From: a virus
Virus record (IMG/VR): IMGVR_UViG_3300025438_000010
Coordinates: 1 to 64,000 of that record
DNA: 64,000 nucleotides
Strand: one strand, 5' to 3'
In this document: one piece after another, positions 37,493 through 50,100 of the stretch
Numbering within the stretch: position 1 is the first letter of the stretch
How the letters are laid out: every line of letters begins with the position of its first letter
The notes under the pieces: model-generated
Database searches by the model: none
Seen by the model: the letters and a program-made list of their open reading frames with translations, nothing else
What the model was told of the DNA's origin: nothing
Made by a program: the position numbers and the translations under genes

Positions 37493-37857
37493 TGCAGAAG
37501 ACAATAGATATTTTCCCGGCAGTATTGCGCCTAGCCCCACCAGGTTCGCTGGAAAATATTACAGACCTACCGGTCAGGGGTGATGCCCCCGCCGGGACAA
37601 GAAAACTGGATCGAGCACGGGCTGTGATTGTCCAGGGCACCCTTTACGTTGCGGTCGACTCTCCTACAGGCCCCGAGGTTGTTTTTAGGGAAAAGGTTGA
37701 GGAGCAGCACCACGAAAAAAAAGTTTCCCATGTAAGGACAGTTTCAGGTAAGATAATTGTTATTAGTAAAGACGAGAACTGCGGATGCGGCTCTCGCTTG
37801 AGAGGCTGGAACCCGTTCGGCTTCTTAGTATCATCATCGGAGGATCCTCTTGCATAG
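37492..37857 (+). CDS. hypothetical protein
   Basis: CGCGSRL C-terminus. Confidence 0.7.
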   Translation: MQKTIDIFPAVLRLAPPGSLENITDLPVRGDAPAGTRKLDRARAVIVQGTLYVAVDSPTGPEVVFREKVEEQHHEKKVSHVRTVSGKIIVISKDENCGCGSRLRGWNPFGFLVSSSEDPLA

Positions 37858-38007
37858 AGAAAATTTAGTGCGAGCCATAGAGCTTGCCATTAGAATGAGT
37901 GACAAAGACTGCGAGCACCACGCTCTGTCTGAAAGACACGCTCACGAGTGCACTCAGTGCACTGCTGAGATAGCTGTTGAAGCCCTAGAGAACAGGATTT
38001 CCCTTCC

Positions 38008-38283
38008 GTGGAATACGTCATCCTCGGTCTAGCCACCTACAGGCTTACCCGTCTGTTTACAAGGGACACAATTCTTGAGTCTTTTCGCAATTGGTGGTGG
38101 TCCAAGTTTCCCCCCGAGAAAAACCCTCTAGGCTATCTGCTTACATGCGAGTGGTGTTTGTCCTTTTGGTTCGGGTCACTTGTTTTTGTGTGTTATATGA
38201 TTAGTACAGTAACTGTTTTAGTTGTGGTGCCTTTTGCACTGTCTGCTATTGCAGGCCTGTTGACCGCGTATGAGGACAAATAA
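38008..38283 (+). CDS. DUF1360-like membrane protein
   Basis: LATYRLTRL..D.I; LLTCEWCLSFW. Confidence 0.7.
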   Translation: MEYVILGLATYRLTRLFTRDTILESFRNWWWSKFPPEKNPLGYLLTCEWCLSFWFGSLVFVCYMISTVTVLVVVPFALSAIAGLLTAYEDK

Positions 38284-38316
38284 CTCATACTCCGCAACAA
38301 CTGACAAGAGGAACAA

Positions 38317-40146
38317 GTGGGCATATACACTCGAGGCGAGTCTGATGACTCCACCCCGACTCCCCCAAAAGCTAAAAGCCAGGGCATCAGGACCTCCGGC
38401 AAAAACAGTTCCCGGTCTACTCAGTATGTAGTCAACAAAAAAGTTCCGCAGCCTTCGGCATTCTCTAATCTTTTCATTGCCAACTCTCCAGCGTCGTCTG
38501 TTCCCTATAACTACCCTCGCTCGATGACAGCGGCTGCTGCTCAAATGAAGGTCAACGACCGCGCTGAGTTTGAGCAGTTTAAGTCTCGCCGCTCCGCTTC
38601 TTCCAGCGCTTGGCAGTCTGAGGCCTGGGAATATTACGACGCAATCGGGGAAATTAAATACGCTTTTAATCTTGTTTCATCAGTAATCTCCAGAATCCGC
38701 ATTTATTCAGCAACTGTTGACGACCCCAGCCAGGCTCCCATCTCAGTACACGAGTCTGGAACAATTGAAGCCAACCTTGCTTCTGCTGCAGAGCGTGCTC
38801 TAGCCCGTCTTAGCTCTGCGTACGGCGGACAGGCTGGTCTTTTGAGAGACGCCGCCTTGAACATCTCTGTCACAGGTGAGTGCTATCTCGTCCAGTTCCC
38901 AGCTCGCATTGGCTCCGGGGAACCAGAGTCCTGGGACGTAAGATCCGTTGATGAAGTCCTTCCTGACTCTAAAGGTAACTTTGCTGTAGCCGGACGCCGT
39001 GAGCAGCTTAGTGGCCAGGGGGCTTCTCAGGGAATGGGACTGTACCCACTTCCTAAGTCAGCTTTTGTTGGGCGCATTTGGCGATCACACCCTCGCTTTT
39101 CCGATGAAGCAGACAGCTCCTTGCGCGGTCTTCTTGACCTGTGTGCTGAGCTTCTTTTGCTCAACCGCACATTCCGTGCAACAGCTCGTTCACGTCTTAA
39201 CGCCGGTGCTCTCTACCTGCCAGACGGACTTTCCGTTGCCGCCCAGGCTGACCCTAACTACCCCTTTGATGATGAAGATGGCATGGGCGCTTCGTTTACA
39301 CCTGAAGAGGCAGAAGACGAGTTCGAAGAGCAACTGATTGACGCAATGACGACCCCCATCAGGGATGAAGAGTCTGCAAGCGCCGTTGTTCCTTTGATTA
39401 TCCGTGGACCTGCCGAGCTTGGTGACGCAATCAAGCAGTTCAAGTTTGAGCGTTCCTTCGACCCAGCACTGGCTGAGCGTTCGGACCGCGTCCTTGAGCG
39501 CATCATGCAGGGCCTTGACGTTCCTAAGGACGTCGTTTCGGGAATGGCGAACGTTAAGTACTCCAACGCCCTACAAATCGACGAGAGCCTCTACAAGGCG
39601 CACATTGAGCCTTTGATGCTTCTTATTGTCGACGCGCTTACGGCTGTCTACCTTCGCCCCTACCTTATTGCTCAGGGGTACCCAGAAGTTGACGTAAACC
39701 GTCTTGTTGTTTGGTATGACCCCAGCGCTGTCTCTACTCGTAATGACCGAGCAACAGACGCAGACGCAGGGTTTGACCGGGGAGCAATCAGTTACGACAC
39801 CTGGCGACGGGCTCATGGCTTCTCCGACCAAGACGCACCCAAGCCTACCGAGGTAGCCCTCCGGATGCTCCAAGAGCGCGGAGTTATCACGCCTGAGCTT
39901 ACCGAGGCACTTCTTGGTGTGGTTGCGCCTGATGTCATGGAAGCGGTCCGTGGTGCCTCTCAGGGCGCTTCCGCAGGCCCCATCCCCCCTGAGCTAGAGC
40001 AAATACTGCAACAGGCAGCTGGCGGAGCCCCCGCAGACCCGGCTGCTGAAGAGTCAGAAGCTCCGGCAGCTCCCCAGGAGGAATCACCCGGAGCGCAGGC
40101 CGGGCAAGAGCCTCCAGGCCTGGGTATTCCCGAGGTAGCCCCGTAA
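38317..40146 (+). CDS. portal protein
   Basis: WQSEAWEYYDAIGE, GECYL, R.W..HP; position and size. Confidence 0.75.
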   Translation: MGIYTRGESDDSTPTPPKAKSQGIRTSGKNSSRSTQYVVNKKVPQPSAFSNLFIANSPASSVPYNYPRSMTAAAAQMKVNDRAEFEQFKSRRSASSSAWQSEAWEYYDAIGEIKYAFNLVSSVISRIRIYSATVDDPSQAPISVHESGTIEANLASAAERALARLSSAYGGQAGLLRDAALNISVTGECYLVQFPARIGSGEPESWDVRSVDEVLPDSKGNFAVAGRREQLSGQGASQGMGLYPLPKSAFVGRIWRSHPRFSDEADSSLRGLLDLCAELLLLNRTFRATARSRLNAGALYLPDGLSVAAQADPNYPFDDEDGMGASFTPEEAEDEFEEQLIDAMTTPIRDEESASAVVPLIIRGPAELGDAIKQFKFERSFDPALAERSDRVLERIMQGLDVPKDVVSGMANVKYSNALQIDESLYKAHIEPLMLLIVDALTAVYLRPYLIAQGYPEVDVNRLVVWYDPSAVSTRNDRATDADAGFDRGAISYDTWRRAHGFSDQDAPKPTEVALRMLQERGVITPELTEALLGVVAPDVMEAVRGASQGASAGPIPPELEQILQQAAGGAPADPAAEESEAPAAPQEESPGAQAGQEPPGLGIPEVAP

Positions 40147-41198
40147 TGGCAGACCCAAAAGAGGTATACGCAGCTCTTCACAAGACTGAAGAGCTTCTTG
40201 CCGAGATGCGCAAAGAGGCCCGGGAGCTTTCTACTAAGAAAACGGGAGCAGGAACCCCGGCTCCTAAGAAAGATCGGGTCAAGGGGTCTAAGAAAAACCC
40301 CAAAGGTTCTGCATCCGGGGATAAAAAAATTACTTTTGACGCCAAAACTGAGACAGCCATTAAAAACAAGGTTGAAGAGCACAACAAGACCGCTAAAAAG
40401 GGCCGTAAGGCCACCACAAGGATGCTCAAGGCAGTCTACCGCCGTGGAGCTGGTGCCTACAGTACCTCACACCGCCCCGGAAAGACTCGCAATCAGTGGG
40501 CAATGGCTCGAGTAAACGCTTTCCTCAAGCTTTTGCGCTCTGGAAAGCCCTCCAAGGCTGCTTACACTCAGGATAACGACCTTCTTCCCGCTGCACACCC
40601 TAAGTCTTCAAAGAAAAGCGCTTCTACCCTTACTGCATCGGGGCTGATACCCGAAGAGCAAGCCTTAGCAGATGCTTTGGCGGAGGTTGTAGCAGTCCAC
40701 GGCAAGTTTGACCAAGACGGTGACGGCGTTTGGGCGGGCTACACTCCCGCAAACGAAAACGAAGACGCCGCAATTGGCGTTAAGTGTTCAAACTGCGTTT
40801 TTTACCAAGGCGGAGACCAGTGCGGAATCATCAGTCTCAGTGTTGAACCAGAGGGCAAGTGCCGCTTTGCTGTTTTGCCCGAGGGGGCCGTCCAGGGAGA
40901 CAAAGTCCCCCTTCGAGACCCCGAGTCTCTCGATCTTTTGCTTGCCTCTGCGGACGCTTCCGGCGAGTTGGCCATCTCACTAAAGGACTATTCAGAGTAT
41001 AATTCTGTAGAAGAAACAGTCATCGCTTTAACAGAGGCTTCGGGTATGGGATACGACGCAGAATTTGCCATTAAGGCGGCTTGGATGCGTGCAGTTAGAA
41101 ACGGAGAAGACCCGTTTGAGCGGGCAAAGCAGCTTGCGCTAAACCCCGCTGGTAGCCTTGATGTACACCTTCTTCCTGCAGACTGGGAGGACAGGTAG
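40146..41198 (+). CDS. head-associated multidomain protein
   Basis: basic VYRRGAGAY...QWAMARVNAFL domain plus 4-Cys CSNCVFY domain. Confidence 0.65.
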   Translation: MADPKEVYAALHKTEELLAEMRKEARELSTKKTGAGTPAPKKDRVKGSKKNPKGSASGDKKITFDAKTETAIKNKVEEHNKTAKKGRKATTRMLKAVYRRGAGAYSTSHRPGKTRNQWAMARVNAFLKLLRSGKPSKAAYTQDNDLLPAAHPKSSKKSASTLTASGLIPEEQALADALAEVVAVHGKFDQDGDGVWAGYTPANENEDAAIGVKCSNCVFYQGGDQCGIISLSVEPEGKCRFAVLPEGAVQGDKVPLRDPESLDLLLASADASGELAISLKDYSEYNSVEETVIALTEASGMGYDAEFAIKAAWMRAVRNGEDPFERAKQLALNPAGSLDVHLLPADWEDR

Positions 41199-44100
41199 TG
41201 TCTGATAATATTCCCGTCTCCCCCCTTAACTATCACGGTTCCTTCGAGGACGAGAATAATCAAATTATTGACGCGGCTCTGGAGTTTGCACATGATGCCA
41301 ACCAGGGCTATACGGGCACCCGGGTTGCCACAGACGGAGTAGTTCTCGACGTTGCCAGGCGGACTCTCCGGGAACTAGACAACCATCCTTTCTCTGTTCG
41401 TAAACATCTTACTTTGACAGATGTTTCTCACTTTATTGTTTTGCTTCAGAAAGACAAGGCTGTTACCGCCTCGGTCCAGCACACCGATCTTCTCCCCGTT
41501 GCCCACCCTCGGTCTTCCGCAGAGCACGAGCTGAGTAACCAAGATCTGTTCGCCGCCAAAGCCCGCTGGATTGCCGACGACCCGTCTATTAAAGACGAGG
41601 AAACTCGTGCCATGGTTGCCTCGATGCTTACGGCTCCTGAGGGCTCTGCTGAGCGCGAATATTACGCAACCAGGCTTGAGAACAGCCCCCAGGGGGCTAT
41701 TCCTGTAAGAGCCTTGATTGCGGCGTTTACCGGCGGCCTAGGCGCTAACAAGGGTTACTGGATGCGCCAGCGTCGTGACCGTAAGGGTCGCTTTGCTTTC
41801 GAGGGCGGTGGCCTTAGTGTATTGGTCAAGGGCAGCACAGGTGCTGTTCGCAGGCTGACTGGTCGTACTGTTGGTCCGGGTGTTGGTGAAAAAAATGACT
41901 ATTTTGATATGGAAGTTTCTCCCGGAAGCCTTGTCCGTGTTCCAGCATCTGCAACCGAGTCTTCTAAAGCGTACTTGCCTAGCCCAAACGCCCCGGACGG
42001 ATACAGCCCTCAAAAGGCTCGGGTCCAAGCTGGCGACCCCGTCATCGACGAAAAAGACTTAATTCGTCCTGATGCTCCCAGTGGCTTTAATAAAGTTGCC
42101 GACGGAGCTGATGTCGACTCTCCCGAGGAAAAAGAGTACTATGGCGAAGACGCCGACTTTGGTACAGTGTACGAAGACGAAAATTATACTGTCCGGCAGT
42201 TTGACTCAGGGTCTTCCCCCGTTGCCCGAGACAATTTTAACTTGGCTCAGGAAGCCGAGCAGTCTTGTGGGCTCACCGCAGCCGGTGAGGGCGATAACTG
42301 TCCGATTAAAACTAGTGGCGCTGGTGAAAACGGAAGCTTTGACCCAGAGAAGCCGGTTTTGTTTGTCAGCCGTACAGACGACGCGAGCAATCCTGACATC
42401 TTTGCGGCCTCCCAGAGCTGGGCGGACACCCTAGACTACATTCGTCAGGATGAGCCTCGGTACGAAGCCGAAGATAGACCAGCCCCTTACATCAAACTTG
42501 GTGACCCGAGTAGGCGGGATAACCTTGACCCCACTAGGCGCGAAGAGGGCCCACGCGGCCCCGATAATAGAAGAGTCGATCCACACGGCTTTATTATTCC
42601 GGATAAACCCGGCCTTATTGATGGCGGGGGAAGAGTAAGACCTGACGGAACAAGAGAGTTGCTCGAGGGGCGTCGGCCGGACAGCTATCCGATGCGCATC
42701 CCCCTCCCGGGCCCCTGGAACCCCCGCATTCCCGGCACTGGGCGAAGGCCCCGCCCCGGAGGAGGCCGCGCTCCTGGCGGAGGCGGACGCTCTCCCGGAA
42801 CAGGACGCCGCTGGGGCTCCAACGGCCCTAACGAGGGCCACGCTCCCTACCCAATCCCTGGGCGTCGTGTCTACCCCGGCGAAATTGCGGACATGCGCGT
42901 TGGATCAGAGATGGAGCAATATCTCGGAGGATTCCTTTCGACTCTCTTTGGAACAGCAAAAAAGCGACAGCTACGAAAAACTGGTGCTGACGAGTGGGTT
43001 GACCTGGAGACCGGAGAGACTTACACTAACGATCAAGTCTCAGAGATGGCCGCAACTAGTGGTAAAGATAGTTCTCCTTTTACGGGACTTGCGACAGGAC
43101 CCGAGGTACGCCCCGGAACATTTACTAAAATGATGTCAGGCTCGCTTTTTAGCGAGCTTCCCACCGGCAGTGAGCTTAATGATCACCTAAGACTTTTTAA
43201 CGTTATGACCCAGTTCCGCAAGGTTGGGTATAACCAGTGGCGTCGGTGGGACGGCAAAATCTTTACAGATGCTGAGGTGCAAAAAAAGAGCGGCACTATG
43301 CAGATTGACCGAGTTGGAGAATTTGGTCCTGGTAGACCCCCCGGTGGGGAAGTATCAGGAGAATCCTCTAAACCAAGACTCCCCAGAGGTCCACTGACCC
43401 CCGAAGAGCTGGCCGAGCTTCGCCCCGGATCCCTTATTTCTATACCTGGAGAAGACGATCAACCTCCTCGCTTCTTTGTAAAAGTAGGCGAAAACGACTG
43501 GCGCGAGATTGACCCAGAGAATTTTACGTCAGACCCTGCAGTTTCTTTCACTGATGAAGACATTCTCAACATGGGTAAGGACATTACTCTAGAGAAAGAG
43601 CCAGAGGCCTACGAACAGGGGCAACTAGGCATGCGTCCATCAGATCTTTCTCCTGAGGCCCTGGAAAACCTCCCCGAGGGCACAGTTGTAGGGACTTCAG
43701 ATGAAGAAATTGATAACCTCAACATTCCCCGGCAGCCCTATGCGACTGAAGAGGCGTACCAAGCAGCCCTAGAAGAAGCCAAAGAGTTTTACCGCCGCAA
43801 TAGGTGGCGTAAGCGTGGTCCCAACGAGTGGGTAAATGACTTTGGTGAGTTTGCTACAGACGCAGATATTGCAGACGGAAAGAAAACTCCTGGACTTATT
43901 ATCTCTCTCGGCGATGAGGTTAGCACCCCCGAAGGCTACTACGATTTAAATCGAGAAGAGCTTTACACGCCTACAGGCGGCGCAGAAGGGCAAACCTCAC
44001 CTGACTTCACCGATGACCCCGCAGAGCTGGCTCAACGTTTCTCAGAGGAAGAGCTGCAGGCAGCCCTTAAAGAAGCCCTCGAGAACCCCAACGGTTTTGG

Positions 44101-47100
44101 CTATCTAGAGTTTGCAGAAGGCGACGAGCCGGTGCCTGCAGAAGCACTGTACTATGCCTTGGTTCGTAAGCTCGGTGTCGATGTAGCAGATAAATTTGTC
44201 AGCGTCGTTTATGGTGAAGGGCGAGCCTTTGACGCAGAGACTGAGCTTGCCCGAGAATTCCCCGACATTCTTAGTGATGACCCAGGCAAGCGCCAGGCTG
44301 CTCTTATCGAGGCTTGGAACACCCAATGGGGGCGCTCCAAGTTTGCACTAGATAGAGACGGAAACTTCACTGTTACCGGTAAAGACAATGACAGCATTGC
44401 CACTCAGTATCTGCTCGACAAAATCAGGGCAGAAGAGTGGGGGCAAGAGTTTCTTAACGACTTCCAAGAGGAGTATGGCGAGGTTCTTAATGACCGCACT
44501 AAGGCGGCAATTAAAGATCTTTTCAAGGCTTATCCAGGACTAGAGAGCTCCGACCCCAAAGAGCGTGAAGCCGCAGTACTCAGGGCTCTAGACGATTTAA
44601 TTAGTGACGACGAATATGTTGCTGATGAAGACGGAAACATCGTTGAGGTGAGCCCCAAGACTGCGCTTACTAAACTTTTGTGGGACATGGCTCAAGAGTT
44701 TATTGGTGGAACATCCGCCCCTACTGGTAGAAAAGAAGAAGGAAATCTTCCTTCCGTGATCGAGGGGGCTTCCGAAGAGGAGAAAGCTGAGTTCGATAAA
44801 ACAGGTGACCCCACTCCTTTCCTCCCTAAAGACAACCCCGAGTCCTTTGAAAACGTGTGGAACAACTACTACAACCCACTTCCCGAGCCTTATGACCCCA
44901 AAGACGGTCCTGACCAGATCAATCCGGTAAATCTTGCTCGTAAATTCACCCCTGATCAGCTGAAAGAGCAGCTTCGCGAGGCCATTCTTGATGGGAGTGG
45001 TTACGGTGTCGTTGCTTTCGAGGGCCCCTCCGGCGAGCCCATTGAGTTCCGAGTCCCAGCCGAAGCGCTGAGGGATGCACTGCAGCTTCAGGGCGAGGAT
45101 GCAAACGCCTTTATTCAAGATATTTTTAACGAAAACCTTTCACCAGCCAAGCAGGTTCAAAAACTTATTGACGAAATTGCTGACCTTAAAGCTAGGCGTG
45201 ATGCGGAGACAAACTCCACGGAGAAGGGCAAACTTACTCGACAGATTAACAAGAAGACCGCTGAGATCGGGATGCGCTATAAGGCTATTGTGGCTCTTAA
45301 AAAGCGCGAGGCCCAGCTAGACCGTCTATCCAAGCAGAGCAGCTTGTCTGACGAAGAGCGCCAGCAGGTTCTGGACAAACTTGAGCAGGTTCGAGCACGT
45401 CGGGAGCAAGAAGAAGGCATCTTCAATGGAGACCTAGAGCAGGGCGAAAGCATGACCCCGTTCGAGGAAAATGTAGATGCTGAGCTTGAGAAGTTTGACT
45501 TTGAGCAGGCCTCTACTCGTACGCCAGTCGAGCCCCCTGCAGCTGAATCTCCTGAAACGGTAGAAAAGGATAAGCCTAAGCCCGTTGTCTCCTACAAGAG
45601 GGTAGGCAACAAAGTATTCATCAGACAGCGGACTGGTCGCGTTATCACCAACAACCCTGAGTTTAAAGAGTTTATTAAGGAAAACGGTTTTGTCTACGAC
45701 TCTAAAGTAGACAAGGTGTTTGAAATTTCTGAAATGGATGACACTGAATTTAACGAATTTATGCGTACCGTTCGTGACCGGTTCGGTATTAGTCTTGAGC
45801 CCGAGAAGGGTCAAGAAGCCATTGACTTTGATGCCTCGCCTTCACCTACTCCTCGCCCCGTGCCCAGCCCAGCTGAGTTTGGAAAGTCCCCCAATAGTGC
45901 GTCTATTATCGAGTCTCTTCAGCGCCGAATTGCGGATATTCAAGAATTTGTTAGAAAAAAAGTTGTCCCACTTCTGCGCTCCGATAAAAGTGACGAGAGC
46001 CGGCAGGGACAGCAGCTTAATCGCAGAGCAGAGAACATTACTCGTAAGCTTAAGAATCGGATTAGTCGTCATCAAGATGAGGCACCAGTCGGCAAGGATG
46101 CTCGTGACCCCCGTGTCCTCAACATCCGCCCTACGGACTACCAAGTAGGGGATGTCTTTGTAGACGATTTGTTCACTGTTGATCGAATTGAAGTATCAGA
46201 GCCCATCACAGACCGGCAAAGTCCCTACTTTGGTGAGCGCGAAATTGTCTACTTCGGGCACTACCCGGGTGGCGTGGAGCAAATGAAAAAGCGCCCGGAG
46301 AACTTCAGAACCGATGGAGTTTACCGAGGCTTAGGGTCACCTGCTGGGGGGGACCTGCCCGCCCTGAATTCTCCCAAGGGTGAGGAGTATCTCCCCGAGG
46401 CAGCTCGTAATCAGCCTAGAGGAAATCTGGAGCAGATTGAGCGAGAGCCTCTTGACGGCCGCGAGAGACGGAATCTTTATGGTCCTAAGCAAAGAGACTT
46501 CCCCGAAGAACACGACAAATTCCTTAGAGACTATGAAAAGTACGAAGCTGACCTAGCGGAAAGAAGGGCTAGCTGGTCTCCCCCGGCTCCTTCTGGTGAA
46601 ACACGACCCACCACTACATCAGAAGGCCAAGGAGCTCCAACTCCTGGTCCTCGCCCCAAGATTGTAACCGGGTCTGACGAAGCTCAAAACTTGAAGCCCG
46701 GGGATATTACATACAGGGAAAACCCAGACGGCTCTCTTGAGTTTTTTGTTGTCCAAACTGTTGAAAACCGTAAGGTAAAGACCGGGACTAAGACTGTTAC
46801 GCAGGAGGCCCCCGAAGCCCCTCAGGTCGTAGACACTGAGACGGCCCAATCGGCTCTTGACGAGGCCGTCAGGCGCTACCCCGAGCTGGGGGAGGATGAT
46901 CCGGCTAGACGGAAACGTGCGTACGCCAAACTTATCGGAGAGTTTTACGCAGAGGCCCAGCAGGCTGGAGAAGCCCGTAAAGAAGGTAAAGACTATGTTC
47001 CACTGGAGGGCCCTTTAGGAGAGCGCTTTGGTTGGCTGCTTAGTCAGCGAGAACGAGTTGTCGCAGGTGAGCCCCTTAGTGTAGAAGAAGTGGTTCCAGG

Positions 47101-50100
47101 CGAGCCTCGAGAAATTGAAGAAGATGTTTTCGAAGAAAAAACATTTGTAACTGGTTACCACCCAGGGCACGAAATTCAAGAAAAGTCTTGGAGCCCCCAG
47201 ACTACTATTAATTACGTCAGAGGTGAGACTGGTCTTCCCCCGGCTGGGGATAAGCCAGCTGTTCCCGGAAAAACAGATATCTACGCTTCTACTTCCAACA
47301 AAGCGGAGCGTGCGAGGCTCCTAGCAGAGAGAGAATCCACCCTTTCTGAGTCATCAAAGCTCTACGCTCTTGACTCTGCTGCTAAAGTCAACGCTGTCCC
47401 GAGTAAAGTTAAAAACCCCAATAGTTTTGTGATGATTGGAAAGTTTGTTCCGGCTTTCTTTGGGAAAAAGATTTTGGACCTTGTCCGTGGTAAGACTGGC
47501 AAGGAAATTAAAGAAGAGCTGAAGAGCAAGAGGGTTGTGTTCCTTGACTTTGAAAGTGTTGGTAAGGGATTTGATAGACGAAACCCAGATGCCCCAATTC
47601 AGGTCGCGGCGGTTGTCTACGAAAACGGTCAAGAAACTGGTCGTAAGGTTCTCTTTATCAACCCCGGTGAGCGCCTTGGCGGGTATTACTACGAGGCCTA
47701 CCCTAAGAAAGACCAAGATGCTGCTCCTGGTGATGTCACCCCCGGAAAACTGCCAGACGGCTCACGTGTAGGACAAATTGTTGGCGATGAGCTTATTACC
47801 TACACAAGGCAGGGAGCGCGTTGGGTTAATGATGCCAACTCCGAGGATGTTTTAAACACAACCCAGCTAAAAACCCGCTCTTCTGAAACTCTAAAGCTAA
47901 ACGAAGAAGGACAGCCCACTCTAAGAGGTAATCGTCTTCGTGATTCTGACGGTAATCCCATCACTGATGAGTTTTTGTCCTCGCAAAAGGGACTCGAGGA
48001 GTCCTTCCGCGAGCTGATTGACTTTATCGGGGAAGATGCATACCTCTCCGCTTTTAACGCCGATTTCGACATTAATTTATTGGATAGTTTTGCGGAGCGT
48101 TTAGGGCTTGACTTCCGCAGTGACGGGTTTATCGACCCTCTAGCCCTGGCCCGGGCCCTCAATCCAGATGACTCTGTCCCCAACAACCTTCCCTCGGTCG
48201 CAACCAGATACGGGATTATTAGGGACCCAGATGACTGGCACAACGCTGAGATTGACGTTGAGGTTCTTCCAGATCTTCTGGACAAAATGCTTGATGAAGT
48301 AACCCCCGACAACTCTGTTCTTGACGCAGACAAAAGAGCAGCCGAGTATGAGAACGGGATTCGCAGATATTTTGAACAGCTAGACCAGTGGGAGGCCCAA
48401 GAGGGGATTACACCTAGGTCGCCCGCGCCGGTAGAAGCCCAAGAGGAGCCTACACCTACACCTACACCTACACCTGCTCCTGCTCCTGCGCCTCAGGGCG
48501 AAGACACCTCTTCAGATCAAGAAATTGATGCTATGGGGATCGGGGCCAACCCTCGCTCTATATTTGGTGACACAATAAATGAAGAGTGGATTGCAGACGA
48601 AGAAAACACTATCGTTGTGGCCAATAGTGCTAGCAATGTCAGAGACCTGCGGATTGGTGACTTTTTCGGAGATCAAAACGGAGAGTACAACGAGCTTCTT
48701 GTAGTAGAGACAGATCCCATCACCGGCAGGGAGACATTTACTTACCGAAATGTCAACACAGGAGAGATTTTTAGGGCTTTTGGGGCTCCAGGGTCTCAGG
48801 CGCGGGTGGGTACAGATCAAATGCCTTTGCGCAGGCGATCCGAACTAGACGGGCTGAGTAACGCTGAAATTCTAGGTCTTTTAAATAATCGCGCACGTAG
48901 AGACTCTCTAAATATGGCCGTCCCTGAGGTTCAATTTGAAGACGGGGCAAGTAGGGCTGTTTCTAAAGCTATTGACGACTTTATTAACGAAGGTCGTGGA
49001 GACGCCTCCGTCTCGGACGGCTTGCCTGCTCGCGAGACAAGTGCCATGCACACCGATAAAAACGGATTTGCTCTTGCCGTAGACGACCTTGTCTATAACC
49101 CTAAGACAGGTACTACACATAAAGTAACCCAAACTTACCCAACGTACTCTAAAAATGAATACGTTAACTACGTTCGAATAAGTTTTATTAATTCCAAAGG
49201 CCAGGCCGACTCTAAGCCTATGGCGTCCGACAAACTTGAACTGATCAATCCCCCTGCTCAGGAAGAGGCCCTTTCGCCTCTGTCAGATGTTTTTGGCGAG
49301 CAGGTCGTTATCGGAGGTAAGAAAGAAAAGCCTAGAGATCCAATTTTAATTGCTCGCACAATAGAGCGACTTATGGGCTACCTGAACCCCGGGCCAGGAT
49401 ATATTCGTCCGATTGGCAATGCCATTAAGGCGGCTATTAAAGCCTATAGAAATAATGATTTTGCATCTGCTGAACGCTTTGCGGGGGCGGCAGTAGACTA
49501 CGCTGACTCCATAGAAGCCCCAAAAATCACTGTTGAAGACATCAAAAACCAGGTTGCTGACAGAGCAAGAGGTCTTGCTGGCCTGATTCAGCTGCCTGAG
49601 ACAGGTCCTGCACCCAGGGAGGCCTTTGCTGAAGCCGTTGGTCTGTACAACACCGGGAAGTATGCCCAGGCTCGCAGGAAGCTTGACACGGTGGAAGATC
49701 TACTCTGGAACGAGGCAGAAGAAGCTCGTCAATCTGCAGGTCGCTCACCGCAAACTGCTGTTAAAAAGTTTATTGATGGAGTTGGAGAACTAGAATCTGC
49801 GATTGATGCTCCCCTAACCAGAGAATATTTTGCTCGGCTACTCCGAGATGCTCAACGCAAAGACTATGATTTTGAAAATAAAGAGGGGATTATTCAAGAG
49901 GCACTTCAAGCCATTAGAGACGGATTTATTATCCCCGGATATCAAGTTCTTGAAAGACTTGCTCGCACCAGAGAACGCCAGCTTGATCAAAAAAATCCAA
50001 AGCGGAGAAAGCTTGGAGAAGAAAGCTATACTCAGCGGCTCACAGCTGAGATTAACTCTGACGTTGCTGAGAAGCCGGGGTCCTCTGCAGATGAATTAGC

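Noticed and set aside
47690-47960. Intein in the exonuclease domain
   Set aside because: No C/S...HN splice motifs; the insert resembles the protein's own repeat.
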